Source: Cystobasidiomycetes sp. EMM_F5 (Eukaryota). From it: a stretch of 64,000 nt of DNA. Of this stretch, positions 13,949 to 27,500 are shown piece by piece. The notes under the pieces are model-generated. The model was not told the DNA's origin. It ran no database searches and saw only the letters and a program-made list of their open reading frames with translations. Both the position numbers and the translations under genes were made by a program. Numbering within the stretch: the stretch's first letter is position 1; each line of letters begins with the position of its first letter. Location of the stretch: the NCBI GenBank assembly GCA_051047955.1, contig JBPGPT010000014.1, positions 62,001-126,000 on the forward strand, in the 5' to 3' direction.

Positions 13949-16548
13949 ATGCTGAGAGCAGCAAGATTCTTTACGGGACTGCCCACACATTCTCCAGCGA
14001 TATCCGTGAGCGTAAGGCATCTGGCAACTATGACGGGGGCTGCCTCGGCTGGGCCGGTCAATACGACCGAGCGGCTGCAAGCTCTGCGTAAACAGATGAA
14101 GAAACACGATATAAGCACATAGTCAGCAAAGATATGGTAACTGTGGACTCTCAGATAGACTTATACTGCTCCGACAGTCTTGTTGGATCCGAAGATGCTC
14201 ACTCGAGCGAGTATACGGCCCCTTGCGACCAACGCAGGGCATACATAACGGGCTTTACAGGCTCAGCGGGTGCGCCCTTTCGAGTGCAAATAAAGCGTAG
14301 TCTCATGCGCATTATACTCTCAGGGACAGCAATCATTCAGTCAGACCGTGCGCTGCTCTTTACCGACGGTCGATACTTCATGCAAGCCAGCAAAGAGCTG
14401 GATAGTAATTGGACTCTCATGAAATACGGAGAAAAGGGTACGTACACGCGTTCACCAGCTTTATTGTTTATCATGACGCGTGCTCCTATGGCAGATGTAC
14501 CGTCATGGCAAGACTATCTGTGCAAAGTAAGTCATTTGCTCAGAAGCTTGTCCTGCTGTTGATCATGCTGGACCTCTAGTTAGAATCGGAAAGGATAGGC
14601 GTTGATCCCTCTTTGGTGACTTATGGTGCGCGTCGCCGTCATTCAGGAGAGATGTGACAGCTGATGAGCACGTCTGAAAGATGACTTTTCCGAACTGCAA
14701 AAGTCCTTGCATCGATCGTCAGTTCTGCGGCCAATAGCAGAAGGGAATCTTGTCGACTCTATCTGGTCTGATCGTCCCCCTCGACCTGAACATCCTGTCA
14801 ATGTGCACACCCTCGAGTTCTCCGGGAGGAGTATCGAGGACAAGCTAATTGACATTCGCAACGCTTTGCAGAAGCTGAAGAAGCCTGCAGTAGCAACGGT
14901 ATTGAACATGCTGGACGAGGTTGCCTGGCTTTGCAATCTACGTGGAACCGATGTACCGTATAATCCGGTTTTCTTCGCCTACGCTATAGTCACAATGCAG
15001 GACGCGACTCTTTTCGTTGATGCGGCCAAACTCGACGATAGTGTTTACAAGCATTTGGGCAACGCCGTGAAAGTCAGACCGTACGAGCACATCATACTTG
15101 CCGGTCAAGAACTAGGGAAGAATCTAAAATCTGACGAGGTGGTAAGCCTCGAATTTGCCCAGTGATGAAACGATCCTGCCGATTCATGTAGAAAATACTA
15201 GGTTCTTTTTGGCAAGACAGCCTCTCTTGCTGTAGTGGAGGCGGTCGGCAAGCGAAGCGAGACTGCCAACAGTCCGCTTGAAAATGTCTCCTTTGGCGAT
15301 TCAGTAATCAACGAGGCCAAGTCTGTCAAGAACGATGTGGAATTGGAAGGGTTCCGGCAAAGCCACATTGTCAGTAAATGTTACAAGCGCATCAGGTTAT
15401 CTTCTGACACCCGGCCGGCAGCGAGACGGAGCTGCATTATGTGCATATTTTGCTTGGCTTGAGGAGACGCTGGCACAAGGAGTGAAAATCAACGAGTATG
15501 ACGCGGCTTCAAAGCTGGAGGAGTTCCGCTCGTAGGGGTTGTTTCCCATTTGATATTGCTTTAATTGACGCCTCAAACAGCAAGCAACCGCTGTTTCGAG
15601 GACTCTCATTCCCGACGATTAGCTCGACCGGATCTAATGGGGCCATTATTCATTACGGACCTCCTGCAGAAGGGTCGGCCATTATTGATCCGAATGATAG
15701 TAGGTTCTGTTCCTCTGGTGCAATTGTCATGCGTTGAAGACATATCTTCCGCAGTGTACTTGTGTGACTCTGGTGGACATTATTCGGACGGCACGACCGA
15801 TGTCACTCGAACGTTACACTTTGGCCAGCCTACAGCCGAGCAAATCGATGCTTTTACGCGCGTGTTGATGGGACACATTGAGATCGATATGTTCCAATTA
15901 CCAGTGACAAACCTCGGGTGTAACGGATACAGGCTAGACGCGCTTGCTCGCATGTACCTGTGGGAGAACGGTCTCGATTACCGGCACGGTGATTACGAGC
16001 ATGTTACCCTAGATGCGTTATGGCTGATAAGCTTGTTTAGGAACCGGTCACGGAGTAGGCAGCTATCTCAATGTTCATGAAGGGTACGTGTGCAAGACTT
16101 AGCAGGCTGCAGCTGATCTCATGCGGTTGCTACAGTCCAATGGGTATTGGCATGAGACCACATTATCGGGACCATGACCTCAAAATCGGTCAATGTCTCT
16201 CAAATGAGGTACGTAAGCATACTATTATGAAGGTCCCGTCTGACATTACATGCAACGCTCTTTCAGCCTGGTTACTATAAGGACGGTCACTGGGGCATTC
16301 GCATCGAAAATCTCATTCTTATCAAGGAGATCAAAAACAAAGACTATTTCGGAGGAGCATGGGTTGGCGCAGAGCACATCACCATGGCACCCATGCAGAC
16401 AAAACTAGTAGACAAATCTCTTCTGCGACCAAAACATCTGACTTGGCTGAATGACTACCACGCCGAGGTGCTGGAGAAGCTGTCGCCATTGCTCAAGGAT
16501 GATCCGCGTGCACTTGCGTGGTTGGAAAAGGAGTGCAGAGCTATATGA
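13949..16548 (+). CDS. Xaa-Pro aminopeptidase P (M24B)
   Basis: [62 protein letters not shown] and GIRIEN. Confidence 0.95.
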
Positions 16549-16791
16549 AGGGGCATGTGCACATGAGGATTATATTTCCGGTATGTATAATATTGGTCGT
16601 GCACAGCCTATTCGTGAGCACACCAGAAATAGATAGCACGCGATAAGGAAGCAGTGGTATAATGTTTTAGGCAGATGTACACATGTACGCGATGTGGAAT
16701 GGAAGCGGAGCTGTCGTAGATGAAAATCTGTATGTCGCGTACTCCGAATGTAGTCCTAGAACTCGGCGAAATTATCGAGGATCCGGCCATC

Positions 16792-18108
16792 CTAATTATT
16801 GGCTTCGTCCTCGGTAGCAGGTGTTTCCGGGACAGGCTCCTCCTGTAGCAGGGTGATGCCGATTTTCTGGCATGCTTGCATGACCTTGTCCGTGCAGCAT
16901 TTACTCGAGTAGGGACCTAGGGAGATGGATTCCATCCTGCCGGTAGGGAGTTTTCGAATCATTTCCAGAAGCGATTCCTCCGTCACTTTAGGTACGGCAT
17001 AGTTGAGCTCGAGCTGCGTCAAGAACAGGCTCGGCACTACGACCTGTAGGAAACGATCCGCGCTGGTAATCATATTTGTCCCGATGGATAATTCCGTGAG
17101 CAACGGACACATCCGTGGCAAATCGTCCAAGATATTAGAATCTGGCGTGACACCACCGCCGACGACCGTGGTCAAGAAGATGACCTTGTTGAGCGTCAGA
17201 CTGTGCAGATTTTTGCCGACTAATTGGAGTGCCTGCTTGAATGCGCTCCGATTAGGTTTAGCGCAATCAGATAAGTGTAAGGTCTGTAACGTATTGCGGG
17301 TTGCTACCAAGAGAGGAATGAAAAACGCGCTGGACAGATCGCTGTCTGCCATAGAAAGCGAGGTCAGGGAGAATGTTGTGCCTTCCAGATCTGATTCGGA
17401 TATTGTCGATATGTCATCGCCCAAACGTAACCCCCTGACATCCAACTCGGTCAGAAGGGGTGTGGCCTTGAGAATAGTCCACAGTCGGGTGAAAGATACT
17501 CTGGCTGAGACTTCAAATCTTCGTAGCAACGGAAGCTGAGTGATTGCCTGGACAACCTCGTCATCCAAGATAGTCCAGACATTTGGGAGGCGTATAGTGA
17601 GGTTGTTTATGTGCTGGAGGCGATTGAGTACCATGAGACCGCTTGCTCGCCGCAAAACTGTGGGCTTAGGGACTTTCGGCAAGTCGTCGTCATTGTCATC
17701 ATTGTCGGTTTCGTCACGGACCAGCAAACATAGCTTGCGGGTGTGAGTGTGGAGACCTCCACAACGCTCTGCGTTCTGGCGCAGGGTATTCAAGACGCTG
17801 GTTGCGTGGTCCTCATACTGCAGGACTACGTACGAAAACAGCTCGCGGATAGCTGGACCATACCTGTCGCGCGAGGTGGTCAGACGATATATGAGCGCAT
17901 CAGAGGAGACGGACAATTCGTTGTAAATTCAGCCTTACCACTGTTTACAAACGAGTGCCAGGTTGAGACAGTCGCGGCGTTTCGTGGATCTCGGCAGCAG
18001 CTCCGCAATCCGTTCCAAGACTTCGACCGGCAAGCTCGCAAACAGCCTCGCCGTCATCTGCTGCGTTTGGCGGTGCGACCACGCTGAGCGGTCTACGATA
18101 GTCGGCAT
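16792..18108 (-). CDS. F-box/LRR-like protein
   Basis: First exon encodes the F-box-like FASLPVEVLERIAELL...NLALVCKQW, followed by LxxLxL repeats. One intron. Confidence 0.75.
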
Positions 18109-18384
18109 TGAACACAGCTGGGCAGGACAGACCGTCTACACAGTACCGTCCAGTCCGTTTGCCGTTCGCAGAGTCGGTCAGATCGGAAGGTCAGCAACGG
18201 TCGACCAGGCCAGTCCAGATACATTTGTGCAAAACTTAATCTGATACTGAATGAGTGCAAAGGTTGAATGCAATACTCCCATATCAAGGTCTTTCCCGCC
18301 GCCTGTGTCTTTCGCATTCGTCCTTTTTTCCTATTCATCGAGTGAACGTAGGACAGATGAAACGGGTTTGGAAAACATTGATAA

Positions 18385-21300
18385 TCAAGCTGCTTTCGCG
18401 GCGTCCTTCTTGGCGCGTCGCGTCTGTTTCTTTAATAATTGTGACGCAGCCTTTGCGTCAACCACCATGGCTGCGGTCCCATCTGATATGGCCTCGGTTT
18501 CCCCATCTGCAGCTGCATCTCCTTCGAATTCGCTGAATAGCATTTGCAGTGCCTTGACATAGTAAGAGACTTTCCAAAAGTCGCCAATACAAATCGTCAT
18601 GAGGTCAAAGGCAACCGCGACGTCGCTTGTCTGCTCTTCTCCGTTTGAGCTATCGGCCAGCGGCGGAAATTTAGGATAGCGCTGCGAGAAGTGCGTGAGC
18701 AAGCATGTTTTGGCTTGCATCCTGTATGACAGTTTCGTTAAAGTACAGGACAGAAGGAAAGGTGAAGACTAACTGCTTCGCAACCTCAAGAGCCTGAGAA
18801 AACGTGGAATGCCCTGCAGACGGAGAAATAAATGTAAACTCAGAATCTCCTTGCGGACCATCCATCGATTCACAGACCTTTATACTCTGCTACCTCAGGC
18901 ATGTCATCCTCGAGCGTCGATTCATGAATCAATAAGGTCGCGCCCTTCCCAGCTGCAGCTAGCGCTGGACAAGGCTTGGTATCGCCAGAATAGCTGTCAC
19001 CACGTTCAGCAAACGTTGATTTGTCTGGACGACAGACAGACGTACACAATCTTACACCCATCTTCGAAATGTACAATTAAACCATGACAGACAGCTCTGT
19101 GCAGAACTGGCACCACGAGTATGCTTGTTGCGCTTATGCTTCGCAAGCATGCGTCCAGGTGCGTCATACGCTCCCGTTTCTCCAGCAGACCGCTGTCAAG
19201 GAACACGATGGATTCGTTACCATTGTTTGTACGTTTGCCCAGGCCAAGGTCTTGCAGTACATCCAGGTCTTGGATATAGTTGTTCACGCGAAAAGAGCCA
19301 AGGATATACAATGTGTTGTCGACGTTCAGCTGTGCATGACGAAATCAGGAGAAGCTGAAAGAAGCTGGAAGATTGGCAATTGAGACTCACTTTCGACCGC
19401 TCCTTCAGCAGATTGGCAAGGCCTCCATGGTGATCAGCGTGCATGTGTGATATGAACACAAGTGAAAGATTCCGCAGAACCTCGTCACATCTTTTGCCAA
19501 AGCGTCTCGCCAGCTGACCGTACGTCCCTTCGCCTGCATCGAGTAGGATGTATCCGCCTGAAGGCAGATGAAGTAGAGTAGAGCTGACTGCTCACGCCAT
19601 GCCATATTAGCCGATGAGTGGACGTCCGTAACGTTCAGACATACCGTTTCTGTAATTTGAAGGTACGGCTGAACCAGTACCAAGAGCAGTAACCTCGATG
19701 TCTGCACCAGGCAATGGCACTTGCGGTAATGCAGCACGTCTAGTAGTTTCAGCCATTAGTTCAATCTTAGCTTTTTCGACAAGTTGTAGGTATTCGCTCC
19801 AAGCTGCTTTGGAGTGCTCGATGTCTTGCTCTCCGCCTGTTGTCAAGCGGCTTTCAAGCTCGCGAGCGTGTGACGAGTCGACTTCACATTCAAAACTTCG
19901 CGGCCGATAATTGTGGTCGAGCACCGACGTGCCAGGGGCCATACTGTAGGAATCGCCCATTCTCAAGAGATCGCTGTTTGCAGGTAAGTTCGTAACTACT
20001 GAAGTGAGATCAGTACAGTGCTCGAAAGTACCCACGGCCGACGTTTACTGTCTTTCAATTGCTGTGTTCCAGCAAGCTGATATTGCGGAACCTTGAACAT
20101 GTTGTTGTCCAATCTTGACAGTCGCATTTGCAGGATGGCAGTCGAAACAAAACTAATGCTGTTGACCGAGAATCCAGGAGAACTGACGAAGTGCTACACA
20201 ATACTGACCGTTCAGCGCAAGCCTCTACCTTGCGTAGTGCTTGGTTCTGCCATACCTGTATATCGCTCGGGAAGGCATTCATCCATTGAGCATACCTAGC
20301 ATCTTCTACAACGCCTTGGCCAAGAAAGTGAAATACGCATCTTAGGCTTGCATGTTCTGACTGCAGCGGTTCCTGCGTCTTCAAAGCCACCGTACTTTCG
20401 ACATACTCCAAGCTTGGACAATATATCACGAGGAAAGCCTGTCCCGGATTAAGAAAGAGTCAGCGAACGCTCTTCACTGACTTGCTATGTCGTCAAAACG
20501 CACCATTGGCGGACTACCTCCTGGGCCCGCACAGGAAGCTGGCTCCACTACCGTCCCGTCCGGTAATTCGACGGGAATACCCGCAACGAGCTTACTGAAA
20601 TCTGGCCCAGGTTTGACACCTTGTTCCTTTGCTTTATTGGGCAGGAATTTGCCTCGTCGAGGCGGACCAATAACGAGATACGACAGCGCTACTTTTTTTG
20701 CATGATTAGGTGAAGGGAGTCGAGCATTGTTGTATGCTGGAGACGCCAGCCGCCTCCCCGGGGTGTCTATGTACGATTTGTCTTTTGACACCGAGTCTGA
20801 ATTGTTTGCTGCAGGAGGCGAGTGTTGACCACCGCGAAACATGTCTCTCAGAACCAAGGCACGCCATTCACTCGCGCGAGGTCCAGTCAAATGTCGTGGG
20901 TGAAAGCCTCGCCCCCACCAGTCTAGAGGTAGCCCTTCATCCCTCAGATCATTCTGTATTTGATGCTCCAATGTATCTTCGTCCGCGTGGCCGTTTTGTA
21001 GACGCTTTTGACCATTCTGTTGTAGGTTCGGAGGGGTGGGAGATCGACTTCGCTTGCTTCGAGCTCGTGCAATCGGTGATCCATTTGTACTTTTGTTAGA
21101 CTCCTGAGCCAAAGCAGATAGGGCAAATACGCGTATATTCTTGTCAGAAAAGACAGGTTGGGGCAGCTCAGAATGTATCTCCAGCTCGTCAGAAGTCGTG
21201 TCTGCTGGCAAGGGGTCGGGCGAGGGAATCAGATGCAGTTGGATCGTCATCTTGTCCCTAGAGTGGTGCGGAATTAGGAGTGCATAAGATGGTGCGTGGG

Positions 21301-21756
21301 AAACATCTTCATCAATGCAATTTACCTGCGAGTATGATATCGTAACGAAGCGAGGACATGATCAATTCCCTCAGGGCCATGAATGTCGAGCTTCGAACCA
21401 TCCTTCTCGCCCATACCCAACAGAAGTCCTATGAATCCGCGCACATTAGATTATATGAAGACGTGCAGGGACCAGGTATGACAAGTCATCAGTACGAATG
21501 TTTGCGTATTGCTTATATTCCGCGTACCTCCTAAACCAGAAGTAGATTGAATCTCTACGCTCGACGAGAGAAACACTCTGCCTAACTTCTTTCGTGATAT
21601 CCTGTCTTGCTGGTAAGCTCTTGTCGTATTTTCCGGACACTGAAACATGTAACGCTCGTCGGCAAACACGACAAGCAGCCCGGGATTCGTGTCCGATGTG
21701 AGCGAAGTCGTGCATTGGACGTGCCATTTGTCACCAGCGGCCATTGCGACCGTCAT
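18385..21756 (-). CDS. TRZ1: tRNase Z, long form (ELAC2)
   Basis: Exosite [54 protein letters not shown] and [10 protein letters not shown]. Confidence 0.95.
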
Positions 21757-22266
21757 GCTGGACAATTTGTCTGGGTGGCGCTTTAGATGTCGTCGATAAA
21801 GCTGACGACACAGCTGCAGTATTGGCCTACGCTTTGAGGAGTGAGAGCAGCGTGGAAAGAGCCTCAGTAGGCTGCATACAGGCCGCAGTTTGAGTTCGTT
21901 CGAATGACGTTCGAGTCAAAAGACGAATTATTCACAAAGCAAGCGCGTCATCTTCGGATCATGTGAAGCCGGACATCAAAGCGGTGCTACATCAACAGAC
22001 CTTATGCGGGAATGAATGCGTCGCACCTTAACTTGCGCATGCAACTTAGTGGAAATGCAATGTACTATAGCTACAAGATTTGAAACCACTACCGGTACTT
22101 CTTTCGAAAGCAAAGGCGCGAAAAGGATGAAGGAAGCATTGCATGGAGCACTGCAAATATCAGAGATGAGAAAACCCAATCCAGTTGGGAGTCCACCTTG
22201 ATGCCGTTTCGTTAGACGAGAACCCTTAGACCCCACTCCTGATACAAGCGATCCGACAGCGAACAG

Positions 22267-23973
22267 TTACGCTTTGCCTATTCGTCGTGCCCGCCCATGT
22301 ATAGCGCGCTTGTTGAAGCGTCGACCATAGTTGCGTTTTTGCTTCGTCTTTTGTGGATTGCTCGTAAGGACAGGATCGGCAGCTGCAGGAGCAGTGAGGT
22401 AGAACGTATGTGTCGCCGTCTCAGTAAGTGTAACCACTTCCATATCGGATGAAGTGATTCTGGCACTGGTCGAGGTGGTGGTAATTACTTGGCTGACGAC
22501 ATTGTTCTCTACAATCGCGGGCGGAGAGGTCTTGCTGGCATCGATGATAGATATGGCATGGGCAACATTTGCTGCTCGATTGTGAGTGGGAACAGCCGCG
22601 GAGGAAGACGCATCCTCTGTGAACGTGGACGTGGACGTGGACGAAGCAACCGGAGTCTCAGACGATGACGAAGTAGGGGTATCGCTTGGGGTTTGGCTAG
22701 TGCTTGAATGAGAAGCAGCTTCCTCGATCGGCTCGAATATGTCATTCTGAGCACCATCTTGGAAACCCCAGTCCATGTTGTAGGTCGGTGGACGCATAGG
22801 AAGGTTGGGCTTGGACAGGTTTGGAATATTCCAGCCGGTCAACTGTGCGCCTTGCCAGTATAATCCTTGCTTCGCGCCCTTCACACACTGCGAGGGATCA
22901 GACTTGCATTCCGCAGCAACTTTCGGGTTCGAAATCTTGCGCGTCGATTGAGTGTTGACGACGTTACAATCATACATGATCTGTCGCAGTTGCGGTATCG
23001 TCAGCCTGTCGATGTGTTAGAGGATGCATGGTCATGTATGGCCTACGTGGTATACTTCGTTCGCATAGCCCTCACCGTGACTGGCGCCGTGCATCCAATT
23101 CCAGGCGCAGATGCACTTGCCATTCGGGCAGGGAGGCAGATCAGCTGGGATCTGGAAATCAATCTCCCTCGTCCAGGGACAGGTAGCATTCGTAGTGAAA
23201 ATGACGAGATCTTCAGGAGTAACATCGTAGACGTCAGACTTGTAAGCAATAGACATGCTGCATCCGGCCGCGGTTTCTTTGGATGCTGAGAACGAGACGC
23301 TGAGTGTGAGTAACAAAACTACCTGCGGAGACGTGAAGAACCCTACCAGTGTGCATGGGACCATTGTCCGCTTCGACATCAGGATTACCGTAATGCTAGC
23401 GGGGAGACAGTGTCAGCTACATTACACCGGATGTGAAGTGTGAGATCTTCAACCCACTGCTTGGCCATCCCATACGTTTCTACACAGTCGGGCACAGTCA
23501 GTCAATCACAGTACATAATTATAACTGCACAAGCCAACGTACATATCACACGGCAGATCTCCAACCATACGAAGCTGCGATGGCACAAGTCCGTACTTTG
23601 TGAACGCTTTATTGCAAGAGATTTCTGCAGTAATTTTTCCGCCTGCTGGTAAATCGAGGATTGCACCATTACGAGGCGGCGCGCGGCGACACCCATGAGC
23701 CCACCAGGCGTCAAAGGAAAGACCTTGGTCCAGTCGCAAAGGGTTTCGCAAGAAATCTGTGTTCACGGGCGAGTCGTAAAGATGCGAGTCGTCACCCCAG
23801 CAAGTGGATGCATCATAACCATATGCAGCTGGATGCCACATTCCCTGGATATGCATCACGTCAGTAGACTGTAATAGCTCTTGTCGCGTCGCATTGATTC
23901 CATAACCCACCAAATGACCAAAGACCGGCGCGACCAAAGCGGACAAAAGCGAGGCGGCGATGAAGACAGACAT
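22267..23973 (-). CDS. AA14-family lytic polysaccharide monooxygenase with Ser/Thr-rich C-terminal extension
   Basis: Signal peptide followed by His1 (HLGMWHP), WWAHG, LPAGG..AEISCNK, GPMHT, GCSMSIAY, PPCPNGKCICAW, GAKQGLYW and FQDGAQNDIF. Confidence 0.88.
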
Positions 23974-24576
23974 GGTGAATTGAGAATGAAAGTACGAATA
24001 TGGATTACGTATAGATGGTATCGTGTGAGATAGTGAATGTGGGCGGGTGAATTTGCGACTTCAAGGCTGTGAATGGGCCTTCGTCGTCAAGGGAGATATG
24101 AGACGAGATATCGACTGCTGACCAGAGCAGACGAGGTAGGGACTGCGATGAATGAGTGAGTGTAGACTTCAGTCAATGAGTGTGGGCGAGCAAGAAGAGA
24201 AGTACGTGCGACAGAGAAAAGAAACAAGCGGCTGCAGGGGGTGAAAAGGGCGCTGTCAGGAGTGGGTTGACTTTAGCTTTTCAACCGTTGGCACCGCAGA
24301 GTCAGTAGGCGTTAGAGCTGGTGTCAGTTGTCGCAACTTCTATCCATGTCGTGCTTTGGGCTTTGGTCTTTGGAAGCAGTTTGACGGAGGTCAAGCGCGC
24401 TCTGCCCCATCAAAAGCGGGTCGTCAAGGAGATTGATTATGTCAGCAGGCGGAAAGCGGAGACACATGGGAATCGATAGGCCTTGTAAAGCCCGCAACAT
24501 AAACACGAACAACACACCAGACTGCTCTATCATATCTCTACCCCTTCCGTTTCTTCTGGCCGGCGGAACATACTAG

Positions 24577-27500
24577 CTAAACCTTGAATAGTTGATCGTC
24601 CTCATACACACCCAACAGCTCTCCCACAGCATCTTCGATAGTCTGTAGATGTACGCGAAAGCTAGCGACACTCAGCAGGTAACTCCACGCGCGCAAGAAT
24701 GCCAAGCTGTGCAGTACTTCCGCGCCGTTGTCCTGTTGTGCTATTCGAGCAGTGAGTACCAAAGCGTCGTGGTGTATTTGGCCAGCGGGGATGAGACGCG
24801 AAGAGAGACTATCCTGGAGCAGAGGTGTTTTGCTGTGTAGCGCTGTGGCGAGCATGAATATACGATGGCGGGTAAGCCGATTGTGAAAGCGACGATATGG
24901 GCTCAGCCTTTGCAGAACTGGCACGGCGAGTGCAGAGAACGCATCTAAATACGAATCACTTAGCACTGTACTGAGACAGGGAACATGGCCCCGCAGCCTA
25001 CCTCCATCATGCGTAGCGTCCGCAATCATGACTCTAGACTCGCGCATTCGATCCAGGAAAAGCTGAACATTGACAGCAATCTTGCGATAGAGATCTCCTC
25101 TAAATACAGTCGCAATCTCTGGTTCTAGTTTGGCAAATGCCATCAAGGGGTACATGGCGATGATTTGACCTTGGATCTGGGCTTCTTGCTTGGCAAGGGC
25201 GAGTGAAGTCCTGTCGATCAACTCGCGCGATAGTGGTTTGCCATCGAGTGTTTCGGACTCGTCTGACACTGTGTACAAAAACCGTCAGCGACATGCCTAT
25301 CGATGAAATTGCCGTCCAAACTCGCATGCAGAGGTGAAGCCAGCGAGGAGAGTCTGGTAGGCCAGCACACTGCTCATAAGGTCTGCTGTAGCCTGACGAA
25401 GCAGCTTGCGAGCAGGCGAGCGATCGATGAGGTACTGGAATGCGAATGCAATGGCCAATCCGCAGCACATCGATACCTGCATGAAATAGAATGTTCAGTA
25501 TACGCATCTACAAGGCGGGTCGCGAGACTCACCAAGTTCTGCCCGGCTCGCAAAGCAGGCGAGACGGTGTATGTTGGGACATTGGCATACACTACTTCTG
25601 TAAAGCTGTGTGTAATTTGATAGTTATCAGGCTGACATTCAGTCTATAACATGGAATGTCCTTACATTACTAGACTTGCACCATTCAGAGCGAGCAGTGC
25701 CAGCGGAAGAAGTGGCATGGACGTGTACACCAGGTAGCACATAATGACCGCCAGTGGCAGCAGCATACAAGTTAGGCCATATCTGCAGAAAGAATCGTAT
25801 ATCGATACCATCAGCTCTGAGCATTCGCTAGAGTGGAGTATGCACTTACGGATTCCAGTGATAGCCGCCAACGTCTTTGAATATGTAGAGCAGAATCATA
25901 CCGTATATACTGCCTGTGACTGTACCAATGACCTGATTCGTAAAGGCAGGAAGCAGAATTAGCTGAATAGAATGGTATCACAGCGAGCTTCGACATATCT
26001 AAAGGTGAAAAGAGTCTGGCGTGCCGAAAGATGGACAGGTAAGCCTTGGAATGGTAAAGCAATCAGATATGACTCATCTATGCTCGGTGACATTGCCACT
26101 GTGGTAGCAAAGGTTGTCAGCGACACAGCGATCAGGAGCGATGTGAGAGTGGTGTGCGTACCAATGACGCTCAGAACTCCTCCCGTGAGTGTGTACTGCA
26201 CAAAGAATGGCCGAGACGACGGAGCGAGCAAGATCGCTGCAAAAGTAATAGCCTACAGCGTTGACGGCATTCAGATTCCATGCTAGATTGGAACGCAGGT
26301 GAAAGCAGTCACATACCGCAGCAGTGGTCTTCATTGCCGAGATTGATATGTCAGAGCGTACGAGACCCTCAAGAGCCGCCAGTCGCAAGCCCAAAGTGAC
26401 TTTAGGCGGCACAACGGGAGTCCGGCCTTCGAGGCGTGCTAAAAGTTCGGTTTCTGGAATCGCCGAAATGGGTGCACCACGCTTCTCTTTCTCGAATATG
26501 TGTATATGCCATCTTTTCGACGGCCTTGCCGCAATTTCCTTGACATGTTCGTGCATGTGAACGAGATCCCGTGCAAATTGCCTGCTACCGGGTTCAGCTG
26601 ACGTCTGCTAATTGAAGGCCTAGTAGTGCAACGTACCCGCCTAAAAAGCTGAAAGACACCACGCCCAGTAGAAGTCTCTCTTGTCCAGACGGACCATCCT
26701 TTGTTCTTGTTAAGTCTGAAGCAATCTCCAGTCTTGACTTTATTTCATCATTCTCGAGATCTTTGGGTAAGCGGCCTCTCTTCCTGTTCGACAGCTCCGC
26801 TTCGGCCCTCTTTGTACGCTCGCTTGCAGCCGACCAAACTTCTGCCAACGGTCTACCTGCATTATCGACGCGTACGAGATCATCGCCTTCGTTGGCTTGT
26901 GCTAGAAGCAATTTCGCTACCACGGCTTGTTGGGATTGACGGAGTCTGAAGTGCGCTGCGAGGAGCGGATGATTGCGCTCCTCGTCTGTGACGGCGAGCG
27001 GGTCGACTTCGTTGACATTTGGGGAGGCGCCATCGCTAACATACTCGCCCTCTGCAGACTTGGCCAAATTTCCTTTTGTGATCCCGGCTTTCGTCACGTT
27101 ACTCTCGGCGTCCAAACGCTGACCAAGTCCGGCCTCGAGCGGATTATCCACAGTGTCGCAATGCCCGCCAGGAGTGATCGGGAGGCGGTTGCCAGTACTC
27201 ATAAAAGTTGCTGAACGGCCGCGTCCCGCAATAGGCGCCAGCTTCTTTTCCTTGTTCGTATCCACCAGAGTGCGCTGATCAGATTCGGAAAGATCATCAT
27301 CCGAATTTGAGCGGAACGCCTCGTAGTCTTGCAATTCGGCGACGGCTATTTTGTCACCTAGAACAGCGCATACAGACCGAATGACGTCGGCAACCTGCTT
27401 GCGAACTTCTGGCATCGTCTCATCCAGCTGAGCACTAAAATTCTGCTTGAAAGTCGCCGTGTTCTGGGCGTTGATTTCTGCAGAAGCCAAATCGCGTAGC

